Source of the DNA: Parcubacteria group bacterium LiPW_30
GTDB lineage: Bacteria; Patescibacteriota; Minisyncoccia; Phycocordibacterales; VMEP01
DNA length: 64,000 bases
Direction: 5' to 3'
NCBI GenBank assembly: GCA_007375595.1
Contig: VMEP01000001.1
Coordinates: forward strand, 415,184 to 479,183
A program made the translations under genes and the position numbers. Below, piece by piece: positions 1-8,357 of this stretch (position 1 is its first letter; each line of letters opens with the position of its first letter). The notes beneath the pieces were generated by a model. It did not search any database. It was not told the DNA's origin and saw nothing but the letters and a program-made list of their open reading frames with translations.

Positions 1-1251
1 ATTCGTGTGGTTAAGAAAAGTCTGGACACTTTGCGCGTTGAAGCAGAAAATGCTGAGATTCGCGCAGACCTAACTCGTGCGGCAGAAATTAGATACAGTA
101 AAATTCCTCTTCTTGAAAAAGATTTACAAACAAGAATGGCTCGACTAAAGAAACTCCAAAAAACACGACGTATCTTGCGTGAAGAAATTGTAGAAGAAGA
201 TATCGCAGATGTTGTGTCTCGTTGGACAAATATTCCAGTATCTAAAATGCTTGAAGAAGAAATCGAAAAACTTTCTCGAATGGAGGATGAATTGCGAAAG
301 AGGGTAATTGGGCAGGATGAAGCCATAAAGAAAGTTTCTGACGCAGTAAGACGCTCAAGAGCTGGTGTTTCCGATCCAAATCGTCCAATAGGCTCATTTA
401 TATTCCTAGGACCTACTGGTGTTGGTAAAACAGAGCTTACAAAAGCCTTGGCGCAATTTATGTTCAACGACGAGAGAGCTTTGATTCGCGTTGATATGTC
501 GGAATATATGGAGAGTCACTCAGTTTCAAAATTAATTGGTTCGCCTCCTGGATATATCGGACACGATGATTCCGGACAGCTAACAGAAGCTGTTCGTCAT
601 CGTCCATATTCCGTTATTCTTTTTGACGAAATTGAAAAAGCGCACCCAGAAGTATTCAACTTGTTACTTCAGGTTCTTGACGACGGAAGACTCACAGACG
701 CAAAGGGTCGTGTTGTTAACTTCAGAAACGCAGTGATTATTCTAACTTCAAATATTGGTTCACAGTTTATTTCTAAGATGGAATCAATGGGCTTTAGCTC
801 TAAAACAACTGCACAAGATTATTCTGGAACGAAAGAAAAAGTTTTGGGAACGTTGAAGGATTATTTCCGCCCAGAATTCTTGAACCGATTAGACGATATT
901 ATTGTCTTCGATATTCTCTCGGAGACGGCTATTCGTGAAATTGTTACCATCCAAACCGAAATTGTTCGTAAGCGCCTTGAAGCCAAAGAAATGAACTTGG
1001 AAATAAGCGAAGAAGCGCTTAAGTACTTGGCTCGTGAAGGATACAGCCCACATTATGGCGCACGACCATTGAAACGACTTATTCAGGAAAAAGTTTTGAA
1101 CAAGGTAGCAATGCTTATCATTTCAAAATCTATTTCGGCAGGGGACAAGGTTGTGGTTACGGAGAAAAACAATGATTTGGTTATTGAAATTAGCCGTGGA
1201 CGCATGAGCCCAATTAAAGGGAGAAGTACTCGCAAAAAAGTTACAGCGTAA
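1..1251 (+). CDS. clpB: ATP-dependent chaperone ClpB, C-terminal part (5' end outside window)
   Basis: Frame is open from position 1. It contains the end of the M-domain coiled coil and the complete second AAA+ domain (GPTGVGKTE Walker A, ILFDEIEKAH Walker B, sensor/arginine-finger region, C-terminal small domain). The sequence aligns closely to the bacterial ClpB D2 domain. Confidence 0.9.
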   Translation: MRVVKKSLDTLRVEAENAEIRADLTRAAEIRYSKIPLLEKDLQTRMARLKKLQKTRRILREEIVEEDIADVVSRWTNIPVSKMLEEEIEKLSRMEDELRKRVIGQDEAIKKVSDAVRRSRAGVSDPNRPIGSFIFLGPTGVGKTELTKALAQFMFNDERALIRVDMSEYMESHSVSKLIGSPPGYIGHDDSGQLTEAVRHRPYSVILFDEIEKAHPEVFNLLLQVLDDGRLTDAKGRVVNFRNAVIILTSNIGSQFISKMESMGFSSKTTAQDYSGTKEKVLGTLKDYFRPEFLNRLDDIIVFDILSETAIREIVTIQTEIVRKRLEAKEMNLEISEEALKYLAREGYSPHYGARPLKRLIQEKVLNKVAMLIISKSISAGDKVVVTEKNNDLVIEISRGRMSPIKGRSTRKKVTA

Positions 1252-1258
1252 TTCAATT

Positions 1259-1286
1259 AAAAAACCGGCATTATGCCGGTTTTTTA
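1259..1286 (+). terminator. rho-independent terminator of clpB
   Basis: Hairpin accggcattatgccggt followed by a TTTTT run. Confidence 0.7.
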
Positions 1287-1335
1287 ATTTTATATACAAA
1301 AATTTATTGCGAGCAGTACTATACTCTGCTAAAAT

Positions 1336-1716
1336 ATGGCTATGAATTCTAAAGAACGTGGTGACATTGCAGTTGGTCAGGCCATTAATTATTTTATGTC
1401 GCAAGGATATGAAGTTTGTTTGCCAATAGGCGATAAACGCCACTATGACATTATTGTTGAAAAAAATGGCACGTTAAACAGGGTGCAGATAAAGTTTGCC
1501 GGGTTATACAAAAGTAAAAATCAATGCCGAGTTGGTTTGAGAATTACCGGTGGTAATCAATCTTATTCTTATTCTAAAAAATACGATAACGATGCTTTTG
1601 ACTCACTTTTTGTATATACTGAGCGCGGGGAACGATATTTTATCCCCTGGAAAGAAGTGGATTGTCGAAACGAATTGACAATAGAGACCAATAAATATAA
1701 AACATATAGGGTTTAA
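1336..1716 (+). CDS. hypothetical protein, possible PD-(D/E)XK / Hjc-YraN-like nuclease fold
   Basis: 126-aa ORF. The pattern GDIAVGQAINYF..GYEV......YDIIVEKNG..NRVQIK resembles the G..E...L...G(Y/F).V..(D)IIa.k.g...IEvK core of Holliday-junction-resolvase-like nucleases. The ORF ends 2 nt before tRNA-Tyr. Confidence 0.4.
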   Translation: MAMNSKERGDIAVGQAINYFMSQGYEVCLPIGDKRHYDIIVEKNGTLNRVQIKFAGLYKSKNQCRVGLRITGGNQSYSYSKKYDNDAFDSLFVYTERGERYFIPWKEVDCRNELTIETNKYKTYRV

Positions 1717-1717
1717 T

Positions 1718-1804
1718 GCGTCGGTGGCGGAGTGGTCAATCGCAATAGACTGTAAATCTATCGGACTTAGTCCTTCGAAGGTTCGAATCCTTCCCGACGC
1801 ACCA
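1718..1804 (+). tRNA. tRNA-Tyr (GTA), type II with long variable arm, CCA encoded
   Basis: Acceptor stem GCGTCGG/CCGACGC. Anticodon stem ATAGA/TCTAT with loop CTGTAAA (anticodon GTA). Variable stem GGAC/GTCC. T arm GAAGG-TTCGAAT-CCTTC. Discriminator A followed by CCA. Confidence 0.85.
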
Positions 1805-1869
1805 TAAACAAATAAAGCTCAGTGTGAAAACATTTGGCTTTATTTGTTTTTAAAATTTTAAATTAAGAA

Positions 1870-1898
1870 AGGCTACCGCGGGGGTAGCCTTTTTGTTT
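1870..1898 (+). terminator. rho-independent terminator downstream of tRNA-Tyr
   Basis: Hairpin aggctaccgcgggggtagcct followed by TTTTGTTT. Confidence 0.6.
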
Positions 1899-1912
1899 GG
1901 GGTGTAGGGCTC

Positions 1913-2050
1913 TCAGAGTCCTGGAGGCATTTCCCGGTCGTGCGGTTTGACGCGCATCATCGTAAGCCAGAAAATAAACCAAGTGAAACCGCCGCTCGCC
2001 AAGAGTGCCAAGATGGCGATAACGAGCCCTTCTAGGAATTTGGGTTCCAT
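1913..2050 (-). CDS. small hydrophobic membrane protein (45 aa from the internal ATG)
   Basis: GGAGG RBS 7 nt upstream of ATG at 2050. One predicted TM helix (LVIAILALLASGGFTWFIFWL). No recognisable domain. Confidence 0.3.
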   Translation of the reverse strand: MEPKFLEGLVIAILALLASGGFTWFIFWLTMMRVKPHDREMPPGL

Positions 2051-2093
2051 GTTTTCCTCCAATGTTTGTCTAATTGAGACAATAAGGCACGCA

Positions 2094-2681
2094 CTAAAAG
2101 TTGTCAACAATACGCCCTAGCTTCTTAAATGACGCTTCAAACTGTTTCATTACTTTTGTCCCGCGCAAAGCGGCCGCAGGATGAAACATTGGAAATATTT
2201 TTCTGCCGTCGATTTCAAATATTTTTCCTTGGTCAACTGATATTTTTGCCGTTGGGAGAAAATAATTTGTTGCAAAACGACCAAGTGGAACGATAATTTT
2301 CGGATTGATAATCTCAATTTGTTTTGTGAGGTATGGTTTGAAACTTTCGATTTCTTTTTCATTTGGGTCGCGATTTAACAGCGGACGTTTTTTGACAATA
2401 TTTGTAATGTAAACGCCTCCACGCTTCCAATTGATTTTTTCCAGATTTTTGTTTATTAGTTGTCCGCTACGGCCAACAAAAGGTCTTTTTTCTAGGTCCT
2501 CGTTTTTTCCTGGAGCTTCGCCAATAAACATAACGGGGGAGTTGATGTCACCTTCGCCGAAAACGAGATTGCTCTTTTTTAGGGGGAGTTTGGTATTTGC
2601 CTCAATTTCTGACTTGAGCTTTTCCAGGGCCAGTTTCTTGTTCATTGGTTTATATTGTAATTCTTTTCTTTTAAATACCAA
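2094..2681 (-). CDS. uracil-DNA glycosylase, family 4
   Basis: GEGDINSPVMFIGEAPGKNEDLEKRPFVGRSGQLI matches the family-4 UDG motif GEAPG..E...G.PFvG.aG. HPAAALR is present near the C-terminus. An alternative start at Met-13 gives 2094..2645. Confidence 0.85.
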   Translation of the reverse strand: MVFKRKELQYKPMNKKLALEKLKSEIEANTKLPLKKSNLVFGEGDINSPVMFIGEAPGKNEDLEKRPFVGRSGQLINKNLEKINWKRGGVYITNIVKKRPLLNRDPNEKEIESFKPYLTKQIEIINPKIIVPLGRFATNYFLPTAKISVDQGKIFEIDGRKIFPMFHPAAALRGTKVMKQFEASFKKLGRIVDNF

Positions 2682-2759
2682 TACTCGCCCTTAAAATGCA
2701 TTACGGAGCCTGACGGATCTTCTCAAAAATATCAGTTGTATTTCTTTAAACACCCCCTA

Positions 2760-2848
2760 CTTTTCCCTTTAAAAACATTGCGCAGTGCGACCGGCACGAG
2801 CATAGCAAAAACTTAGCAAAGTTTTATGCGCGTTTTTAAAGGGAAAAG
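2760..2848 (-). repeat. MITE-like intergenic element, copy 1 (inverted relative to copies 2 and 3)
   Basis: Terminal 17-19 bp inverted repeats (t)acttttccctttaaaaac / gtttttaaagggaaaag(ta). The reverse-complemented core (..gctatgctcg..gcaatgtttttaaa) is homologous to the elements at 10712-10803 and 58364-58452. An extra partial copy, cattacggagcctgacgga, lies at 2698-2716. Confidence 0.6.
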
Positions 2849-2910
2849 TAAAAAGAAAGGCTGTTGCAAAATCTAGCGGATTATAGTATGCTCACGGGGA
2901 ATTAAATCAT

Positions 2911-3069
2911 ATGTCACAAGACCAACTTATAAAATTGTCGTGTACAACTTGTAAGCACACCAACTATTGGAGTCGCAAGAACCGCAAGAAAGTCGAACGA
3001 AAAATCGAGCTTAAAAAGTATTGCAAGTGGTGCGGAAAAGCTACAAAACATAAAGAATCGAAGAAATAA
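2911..3069 (+). CDS. rpmG: 50S ribosomal protein L33 (52 aa, below the ORF-track cutoff)
   Basis: MSQDQLIKLSCTTCKHTNYWSRKNRKKVERKIELKKYCKWCGKATKHKESKK. This is the L33 pattern (C-x2-C...Y.T.KNKR...KLELKKYC.xC.KHt.HKE.K) with a 4-Cys zinc ribbon. A terminator follows it. Confidence 0.8.
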   Translation: MSQDQLIKLSCTTCKHTNYWSRKNRKKVERKIELKKYCKWCGKATKHKESKK

Positions 3070-3071
3070 AA

Positions 3072-3098
3072 CAAAGCCCCCGAATGGGGTTTTTGTTT
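3072..3098 (+). terminator. rho-independent terminator of rpmG
   Basis: aaagcccccgaatggggtttttg. A near-identical hairpin, aaagccaccgaatggtggcttt, occurs at 3237-3260 on the other side of tRNA-Trp. Confidence 0.6.
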
Positions 3099-3104
3099 TA
3101 TTGG

Positions 3105-3178
3105 TGGCGGGCCCACGAGGACTCGAACCTCGGTCTGCTCTTTTGGAGAGAGATATTCTACCACTGAACTATAGGCCC
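3105..3178 (-). tRNA. tRNA-Trp (CCA)
   Basis: Reverse complement is GGGCCTATAGTTCAGTGGTAGAATATCTCTCTCCAAAAGAGCAGACCGAGGTTCGAGTCCTCGTGGGCCCGCCA. Anticodon loop CTCCAAA matches E. coli tRNA-Trp. Acceptor stem GGGCCTA/TGGGCCC, T arm CGAGG-TTCGAGT-CCTCG, CCA encoded. Confidence 0.75.
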
Positions 3179-3271
3179 TTGCTTTGCGAGTATATCAATT
3201 TACTAAAAGTGACGCCACTTTATAAATAAGACAAAGCCACCGAATGGTGGCTTTGTGGTTAAAACGGTGGC

Positions 3272-3556
3272 CTAATCCTCTACGCCGATAATTGTGTACG
3301 GCATTTCGTGTTGGTCGAAAACCAGAAATCCTTGATCGCCGAGTGGGTCTTGGAAAAATCGAACCCACCTGTCTGTTTCGGGAGAGAATCGAAAAACTAC
3401 CTCTTCTCCGTTTAAGAAATCAGACCTAATCCTGATTTGGTCGAGAACATCTGGCTCGAAGCCTTCATGCTGAACAGCTGTTACTCGTCCAGCATCAAAG
3501 AAGGCCTCGTTGGTGTCGTGTATCAACACCTTTTGTCCAACTTCAAGGTTTTCCAT
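3272..3556 (-). CDS. hypothetical protein (94 aa)
   Basis: Clean ORF with no recognisable motif. Compositionally somewhat more GC-rich than its neighbours. Confidence 0.45.
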   Translation of the reverse strand: MENLEVGQKVLIHDTNEAFFDAGRVTAVQHEGFEPDVLDQIRIRSDFLNGEEVVFRFSPETDRWVRFFQDPLGDQGFLVFDQHEMPYTIIGVED

Positions 3557-3594
3557 TTTGGACCTCCTGTGTGTGCTATTTAGCTATTTCAAGA

Positions 3595-4542
3595 CTACTT
3601 TTTTCTTTTTGATAAGTCAATTTTCAAAAACCTTCCCACTTCTTTTAAGATTTTTACCTTTTCATTAGGCCTAAACCATTTAATTTTCTTATCTCTTTTA
3701 AACCAAGTCGCTTGGCGTTTGGCGTATTGCCAGGTGTCTCTTTCTATACTCAAAAGCATTTCGTTTTTTGTGATTTTATTTTGAAGATAAAGTGATAAAT
3801 ATTTATATTCCAAACCGAGAGATTCTAGTCTTTTCCACGACAGACCATTTTTATGAAGATTCTTTGCTTCAGCCACCATCCCTTTTTTAATTCGCGAAAG
3901 TAGGCGAAGGTGAACTTTTTGTTTTAGCTCATCGTCTTTCAAATCAAGCCCAATTTTTAAAACATTAAATTTTGGAGGTGAAACCTCCAAAAGAGGGATA
4001 CTACCTAAAGCGGTGGCTATTTCGATGGCGCGGATAAGACGTCGTGGGTTGTTTGCGTCAATTTCTTTTGCACGACGTGAATCCAGTTTTTTTAAAATCA
4101 CAAATAATTGAGGTACGGTTTTTTTCTCAAGCTCTTTTCTTAATTTTTTATTTGGTGGCACTTCTGGTACTACAATATTTTTTAATACCGCGTCTATATA
4201 CAAACCCGTGCCACCGCAGATAATCGGTAGTTTTCCTCGAGAAATTATCTCGCCAATAGTTTTATCTGCAAGATTTTTATATTCCGAAACAGAAAATTGT
4301 TTTTTTGAGTCGGCAATATCTAATAAGTGGTGAGGGATACCTTTCATTTCACGTTTGGTTATTTTCCCCGTCCCTAAATCAAGGCCACGATAGATTTGGC
4401 GCGAGTCGGCTGAAATCACTTCGCCATCCCATTTTTTGGCAAGAAGAACAGCCAAGTCGCTTTTACCGGTTGCTGTTTTGCCTAAAATGGCGATAATCCA
4501 CGGTTTTTTTACATTCTTTTTCATTAAACCTAACGCTACCAT
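3595..4542 (-). CDS. miaA: tRNA dimethylallyltransferase
   Basis: P-loop IIAILGKTATGKSDLAVLLA. It also carries the MiaA motifs ISADSRQIYRGLDLGTGK, HHLLDI and PIICGGTGLYIDAVL. The start may be at Met-7 (4524). Confidence 0.9.
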   Translation of the reverse strand: MVALGLMKKNVKKPWIIAILGKTATGKSDLAVLLAKKWDGEVISADSRQIYRGLDLGTGKITKREMKGIPHHLLDIADSKKQFSVSEYKNLADKTIGEIISRGKLPIICGGTGLYIDAVLKNIVVPEVPPNKKLRKELEKKTVPQLFVILKKLDSRRAKEIDANNPRRLIRAIEIATALGSIPLLEVSPPKFNVLKIGLDLKDDELKQKVHLRLLSRIKKGMVAEAKNLHKNGLSWKRLESLGLEYKYLSLYLQNKITKNEMLLSIERDTWQYAKRQATWFKRDKKIKWFRPNEKVKILKEVGRFLKIDLSKRKK

Positions 4543-4627
4543 ATTTGTTGTTTTGCGCGATATCTAGCACCTGTATATAATGAGCAGATAAAAATTAAAA
4601 CATTATAAAAATTAATTAAAAAAATAT

Positions 4628-5164
4628 ATGAATCAAGAAGGAAAAAATGTTCCGAATGTAGTGTTCAAAACAAGGGTTCGTGACGAAGGTGTTGAAGGTC
4701 CAAATCCATATCGTTGGCAAGATGTCTCTTCAGACGATATTTTTAAAGGAAAGAAAGTTGTAGTTTTCGCTCTTCCTGGAGCATTTACCCCAACATGTTC
4801 TTCAACACACCTACCTGGTTATGAAGCAGCTTACGAGGAATTAAAAGCGCTTGGTGTTGATGAAGTTTATTGTCTTTCCGTTAATGATGCTTTTGTCATG
4901 TTTCAGTGGAGTAGACACCAGGGAGTAGAAAAGGTAAAGATGTTGCCTGATGGATCAGGGGAGTTTACTAGAGGAATGGGAATGCTTGTCAAAAAGGACA
5001 ACCTTGGTTTTGGTGAAAGATCTTGGCGTTATAGCATGTATGTTGAAGATGGCTTAATTAAGAAAATATTTTCTGAAGCAGGTTTTTCAAATAATTGCGA
5101 AACAGATCCATTCGAAGTTTCAGATGCGTTGACAATGGTTAATTATTTGAAAGAGAATAAGTAA
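4628..5164 (+). CDS. peroxiredoxin, Prx5-like (AhpC/TSA superfamily)
   Basis: VVFALPGAFTPTCS peroxidatic-Cys motif and overall similarity to Prx5/PrxD-type thiol peroxidases. Confidence 0.85.
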   Translation: MNQEGKNVPNVVFKTRVRDEGVEGPNPYRWQDVSSDDIFKGKKVVVFALPGAFTPTCSSTHLPGYEAAYEELKALGVDEVYCLSVNDAFVMFQWSRHQGVEKVKMLPDGSGEFTRGMGMLVKKDNLGFGERSWRYSMYVEDGLIKKIFSEAGFSNNCETDPFEVSDALTMVNYLKENK

Positions 5165-5174
5165 CAAACAAATT

Positions 5175-5207
5175 AAAAGACGCTCTAGAAAGAGCGTCTT
5201 TTAATTT
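5175..5207 (+). terminator. terminator of the peroxiredoxin gene; also the left copy of the tRNA-Leu-associated direct repeat
   Basis: Hairpin agacgctct-aga-agagcgtct followed by tttaatttt. Confidence 0.6.
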
Positions 5208-5229
5208 TCGGTGCCGGGAGGGAGAATCG
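5194..5229. repeat. 36-bp direct repeat (copy 1) identical to the 3' end and flank of the tRNA-Leu gene
   Basis: gcgtcttttaattttcggtgccgggagggagaatcg is identical to 5494-5529, exactly 300 bp away. A third partial copy, gtgccgggagggagaatcggtcac, lies at 5373-5396. Confidence 0.8.
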
Positions 5230-5493
5230 GTCACAACTCTTCTGCTTCGATAAATCTACGCGACGAAGGTCGTTACCACGCCTCACTGTCGCCTTGCGAC
5301 ATGTTCCGGCTTTCGATTCTCCCCGCGAGTGAAGCAGTTCACTCTCTCTCCCGTCCACTCACTTTGTTCGTTGTGCCGGGAGGGAGAATCGGTCACGCAT
5401 AATTTTCTGCTGAAAATTTGCGCGACCCCGCCTTGGCACGTCTGCCTCCGGCTTTCGATTCTCTCGCCAAAAATTAAAAAACACCCAAAGAGG

Positions 5494-5529
5494 GCGTCTT
5501 TTAATTTTCGGTGCCGGGAGGGAGAATCG
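5494..5529. repeat. 36-bp direct repeat (copy 2) overlapping the genuine 3' end of tRNA-Leu
   Basis: See copy 1. This copy contains the real acceptor/T-arm 3' half of the tRNA plus 18 nt of downstream flank. Confidence 0.8.
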
Positions 5530-5593
5530 AACTCCCATGGATTACTCCGCACGATTTTGAGTCGTGTGCGTCTACCAATTCCGCCATCCCGGC
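5512..5593 (-). tRNA. tRNA-Leu (CAA), type II
   Basis: Reverse complement is GCCGGGATGGCGGAATTGGTAGACGCACACGACTCAAAATCGTGCGGAGTAATCCATGGGAGTTCGATTCTCCCTCCCGGCA. Anticodon loop CTCAAAA, long variable arm. CCA is not fully encoded (CCG). Confidence 0.8.
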
Positions 5594-5742
5594 ATTTATC
5601 CTAAAAATAGGATTATCGATATTCTAGGGGACTAAAGCCCAAAAATCAATTTTTTGGATAAAATTTTTGTGATATAATAATCAACATAAAGAAAATTATA
5701 TTTTAGATATATTTTAATTTTCGCACCTTAATATTAAATTTT

Positions 5743-6744
5743 ATGTCCCAATTTCGTAATGACTCAGTTTTTTGGATAGAAGTTGAAAAAATCAAACCAA
5801 ATCCGTATCAACCACGACGGGAGTTTGATGAATTGAAACTAAAAGATCTCTCAGATTCTATTCGCCAATATGGAGTGCTTCAGCCGATTGTTATTACACG
5901 CCGTGAAATAGAGCGTGAAGACGGCGGTATTTCTGCAGAATACGAACTTGTTGCCGGCGAACGACGTTTGCGTGCGGCCAAAATGGCGGGGATTGCTCAA
6001 ATACCGGCTGTTATCCGCGCAGTTGAAGATGATGCTAAAACAAAACTTGAACTCGCTATTATTGAAAATCTTCAAAGAGAAGATTTAAATCCTGTTGATC
6101 GTGCTGTCGCCTTTGACCGTTTAAGGGAAGAATTTGGTTATAAGCACGCCGAGATTGCCCAAAAGGTTGGTAAGAGTCGTGAATATGTTTCAAACACAAT
6201 GCGACTCCTCTTACTTTCAGACGAAATGAGGCAAGGTTTGGCTCAGGGGAAAATTTCTGAAGGTCACACTCGTCCAATTTTAATGCTCGTTGATAGACCA
6301 GAAGAGCAGATGACACTTTATAAAGAAATTGTTTTTAAGCGCATTACTGTGCGCGAGGCAGAAAGTATTGCCCGTAAAATTGCTCACGACCGTGTTCGTA
6401 AAAAAGATATTATTTTTGATCCAGAAGCACTTGAGCTTGAAGGTAAAATTGCAGAAGCGCTCGGGACACGTGTTTCTCTTGAGAAAAGGGAGGTTGGGGG
6501 AAAGCTCGTGATTGATTTTTATTCAAACGACGACTTACGCGCAATCTTTCAATTGCTAAACGCAAACAAGGAAGACCGCCGAGAACTCCTAGAACAATTT
6601 ATTGAAGGGCGTGAACTTGAAAATAGTATAGTTGCTATAAGTGAAGCCGAAGCGGGGATTGAAGCGCCCCTCGACGATCGTTCAAAAGACGAAATACAAG
6701 AACAGGAAGAAGATTTATACTACGTGCGAAATTTCTCTCTTTAA
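5743..6744 (+). CDS. parB: chromosome partitioning protein ParB/Spo0J
   Basis: ParB N-terminal box (IVITRREIE..YELVAGERRLRAAKMAGI..IPAVIR) and an HTH (HAEIAQKVGKSREYVSNTMRLL). Confidence 0.9.
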   Translation: MSQFRNDSVFWIEVEKIKPNPYQPRREFDELKLKDLSDSIRQYGVLQPIVITRREIEREDGGISAEYELVAGERRLRAAKMAGIAQIPAVIRAVEDDAKTKLELAIIENLQREDLNPVDRAVAFDRLREEFGYKHAEIAQKVGKSREYVSNTMRLLLLSDEMRQGLAQGKISEGHTRPILMLVDRPEEQMTLYKEIVFKRITVREAESIARKIAHDRVRKKDIIFDPEALELEGKIAEALGTRVSLEKREVGGKLVIDFYSNDDLRAIFQLLNANKEDRRELLEQFIEGRELENSIVAISEAEAGIEAPLDDRSKDEIQEQEEDLYYVRNFSL

Positions 6745-8255
6745 CTTCCGCCCTTTAAAAACTTAGCGAATTGATTAGCTAACCCCTCTTGGGCGTGTAA
6801 TTTTATTTGTTTCCTAGCAAAAGCAGTTTTAGAAAATTCAAGCCACTTTGTTGATGGTTTGCTTCCTTCTTTGGTTATTATTTCCACAATGTCAGCATTC
6901 TTTAATTTGGTATTAAGCGCGACTAGTTTTCCATTAACTTTTGCTCCAAAGACGTGATTTCCAACATCAGAGTGAATTGCATACGCAAAATCAATTGGTG
7001 AGGATTCTTCTGGAAGCTCAATAACATCACCCTTTGGCGTGAAAACGAAAACGCGATTCTTAAAGAAATCTGTTTTTAAGTGTTCCAAAAATTCACCACT
7101 TTTAGAAACATTTTTTTGCCATTCTGTTAGTTCTTGAATCCACTCAAGTTTTTTACTCATGTGTTCCTCTTTTGATTTGTTTTTACCGACCTCTTTATAT
7201 CCCAAATGTGAGGCAATACCGAACTCTGCCTCTTCGTGCATTTCTTTTGTTCTTATTTGAATTTCCACCGTTCCCCCATCACCAGAAAAAACCGTTGTGT
7301 GAATACTTTGATACCCGTTTGGTTTTGGTAGGGCAATATAATCTTTTATTCTTCCAGGAAGGGGACGCCATTTTTTATGAATTACCCCAAGGGCACGATA
7401 ACAATCTTCAATTGTTGGCACGACAATACGTAAGGCAACAAGATCATATATCTTATCAATATCCATTTCGTGTCGTTTCAGTTTGAGATATAAGCTCCAA
7501 AGATGTTTTACGCGTGAATCAGTTTTAAAATTTTTTATTCCACTTATAGCCAACTCCTTTCTAAGAGAGCGTTTTATTTTTTCTGCTTCTAGCTCACTTG
7601 CCGTGGCGCGCTCCTTTAAAAGTTTTTTAACTTGTTCAAATTCTTTTGGGTACGCATATTCAAAAGAATAATCTTCGAGTTCTCCTTGAATTCTTCCGAT
7701 ACCAAGGCGATTGGCAATTGGGGCGTATATCTCAAGTGTTTCTAGTGCGATGCGTTTTCGTTTTGCCTCCGGTACGTGTTTTAAGGTACTTACGTTATGA
7801 AGACGGTCTGCGAGTTTAATAATAATAACTCGAGCATCTTGTCCCGTTGCAATAAAGAATTTACGAAGACTCTCAACGTGTCTTTCTACTCCGTGATACT
7901 TTAGTTTTCCGAGTTTGGTGACGCCCTTAACTAGAAAAGAAATTTCCGGACCAAACTCTTTTAATATTTCTTCGTCTGAAACATTTGAATCTTCAACCGT
8001 GTCATGAAGAAGTCCTGCGGCGATAGTTTTCGCATCCATATGAAGGAACGCAAGGTTTTTAGCAACTTCTACGACGTGAGATTCAAAATACGATTCTCCA
8101 GAAAAACGTTTTTGGTCGCCGTGTGATTTTTTTGCGAAAGAATAAGCCCTTTCAATAAGCGCCTCGTTTTCCTTGGTCCTTTTGGACATGTGATCGATAA
8201 TGTCTTTCGCAGAGCTCATAAAAACAATAGTAGAGCCTCGCGCTTGTTTTCGCAA
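6741..8255 (-). CDS. bifunctional (p)ppGpp synthetase/hydrolase RelA/SpoT family (short form without ACT)
   Basis: HD domain (HGDQKRFSGESYFESH..LLHDTVED). Synthetase domain (DLVALRIVVPTIEDCY..PGRIKDYIALPKPNGYQSIHTTV). TGS region (FVFTPKGDVIELPEESSPIDFAYAIHSDVG). Start may be at Met-13. Confidence 0.9.
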   Translation of the reverse strand: MRKQARGSTIVFMSSAKDIIDHMSKRTKENEALIERAYSFAKKSHGDQKRFSGESYFESHVVEVAKNLAFLHMDAKTIAAGLLHDTVEDSNVSDEEILKEFGPEISFLVKGVTKLGKLKYHGVERHVESLRKFFIATGQDARVIIIKLADRLHNVSTLKHVPEAKRKRIALETLEIYAPIANRLGIGRIQGELEDYSFEYAYPKEFEQVKKLLKERATASELEAEKIKRSLRKELAISGIKNFKTDSRVKHLWSLYLKLKRHEMDIDKIYDLVALRIVVPTIEDCYRALGVIHKKWRPLPGRIKDYIALPKPNGYQSIHTTVFSGDGGTVEIQIRTKEMHEEAEFGIASHLGYKEVGKNKSKEEHMSKKLEWIQELTEWQKNVSKSGEFLEHLKTDFFKNRVFVFTPKGDVIELPEESSPIDFAYAIHSDVGNHVFGAKVNGKLVALNTKLKNADIVEIITKEGSKPSTKWLEFSKTAFARKQIKLHAQEGLANQFAKFLKGGS

Positions 8256-8295
8256 ATTAATTATCCTATTTTCTTTCCCCCTTTCTTCTCTTCTA

Positions 8296-8357
8296 GTTTA
8301 TGCGGGTTATGCATTGGGCACGCTTTGTTACTACATCTTTCTGGAATTGTTTTTGGT
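8296..8357. repeat. intergenic duplicate of the 3' end of topA (62 bp, 1 mismatch)
   Basis: tagtttatgcgggttatgcattgggcaCgctttgttactacatctttctggaattgtttttg repeats 8492-8553, which encodes the topA C-terminus ..CPMHNPHKLAK. Confidence 0.8.

Noticed and set aside
5211-5604. Three ORF-track hits (5211-5402 +, 5283-5552 -, 5329-5604 +) over the tRNA-Leu region
   Set aside because: They overlap a bona fide tRNA-Leu gene and its direct repeats and have no RBS. Their products are low-complexity. These are stop-codon-free stretches, not genes.
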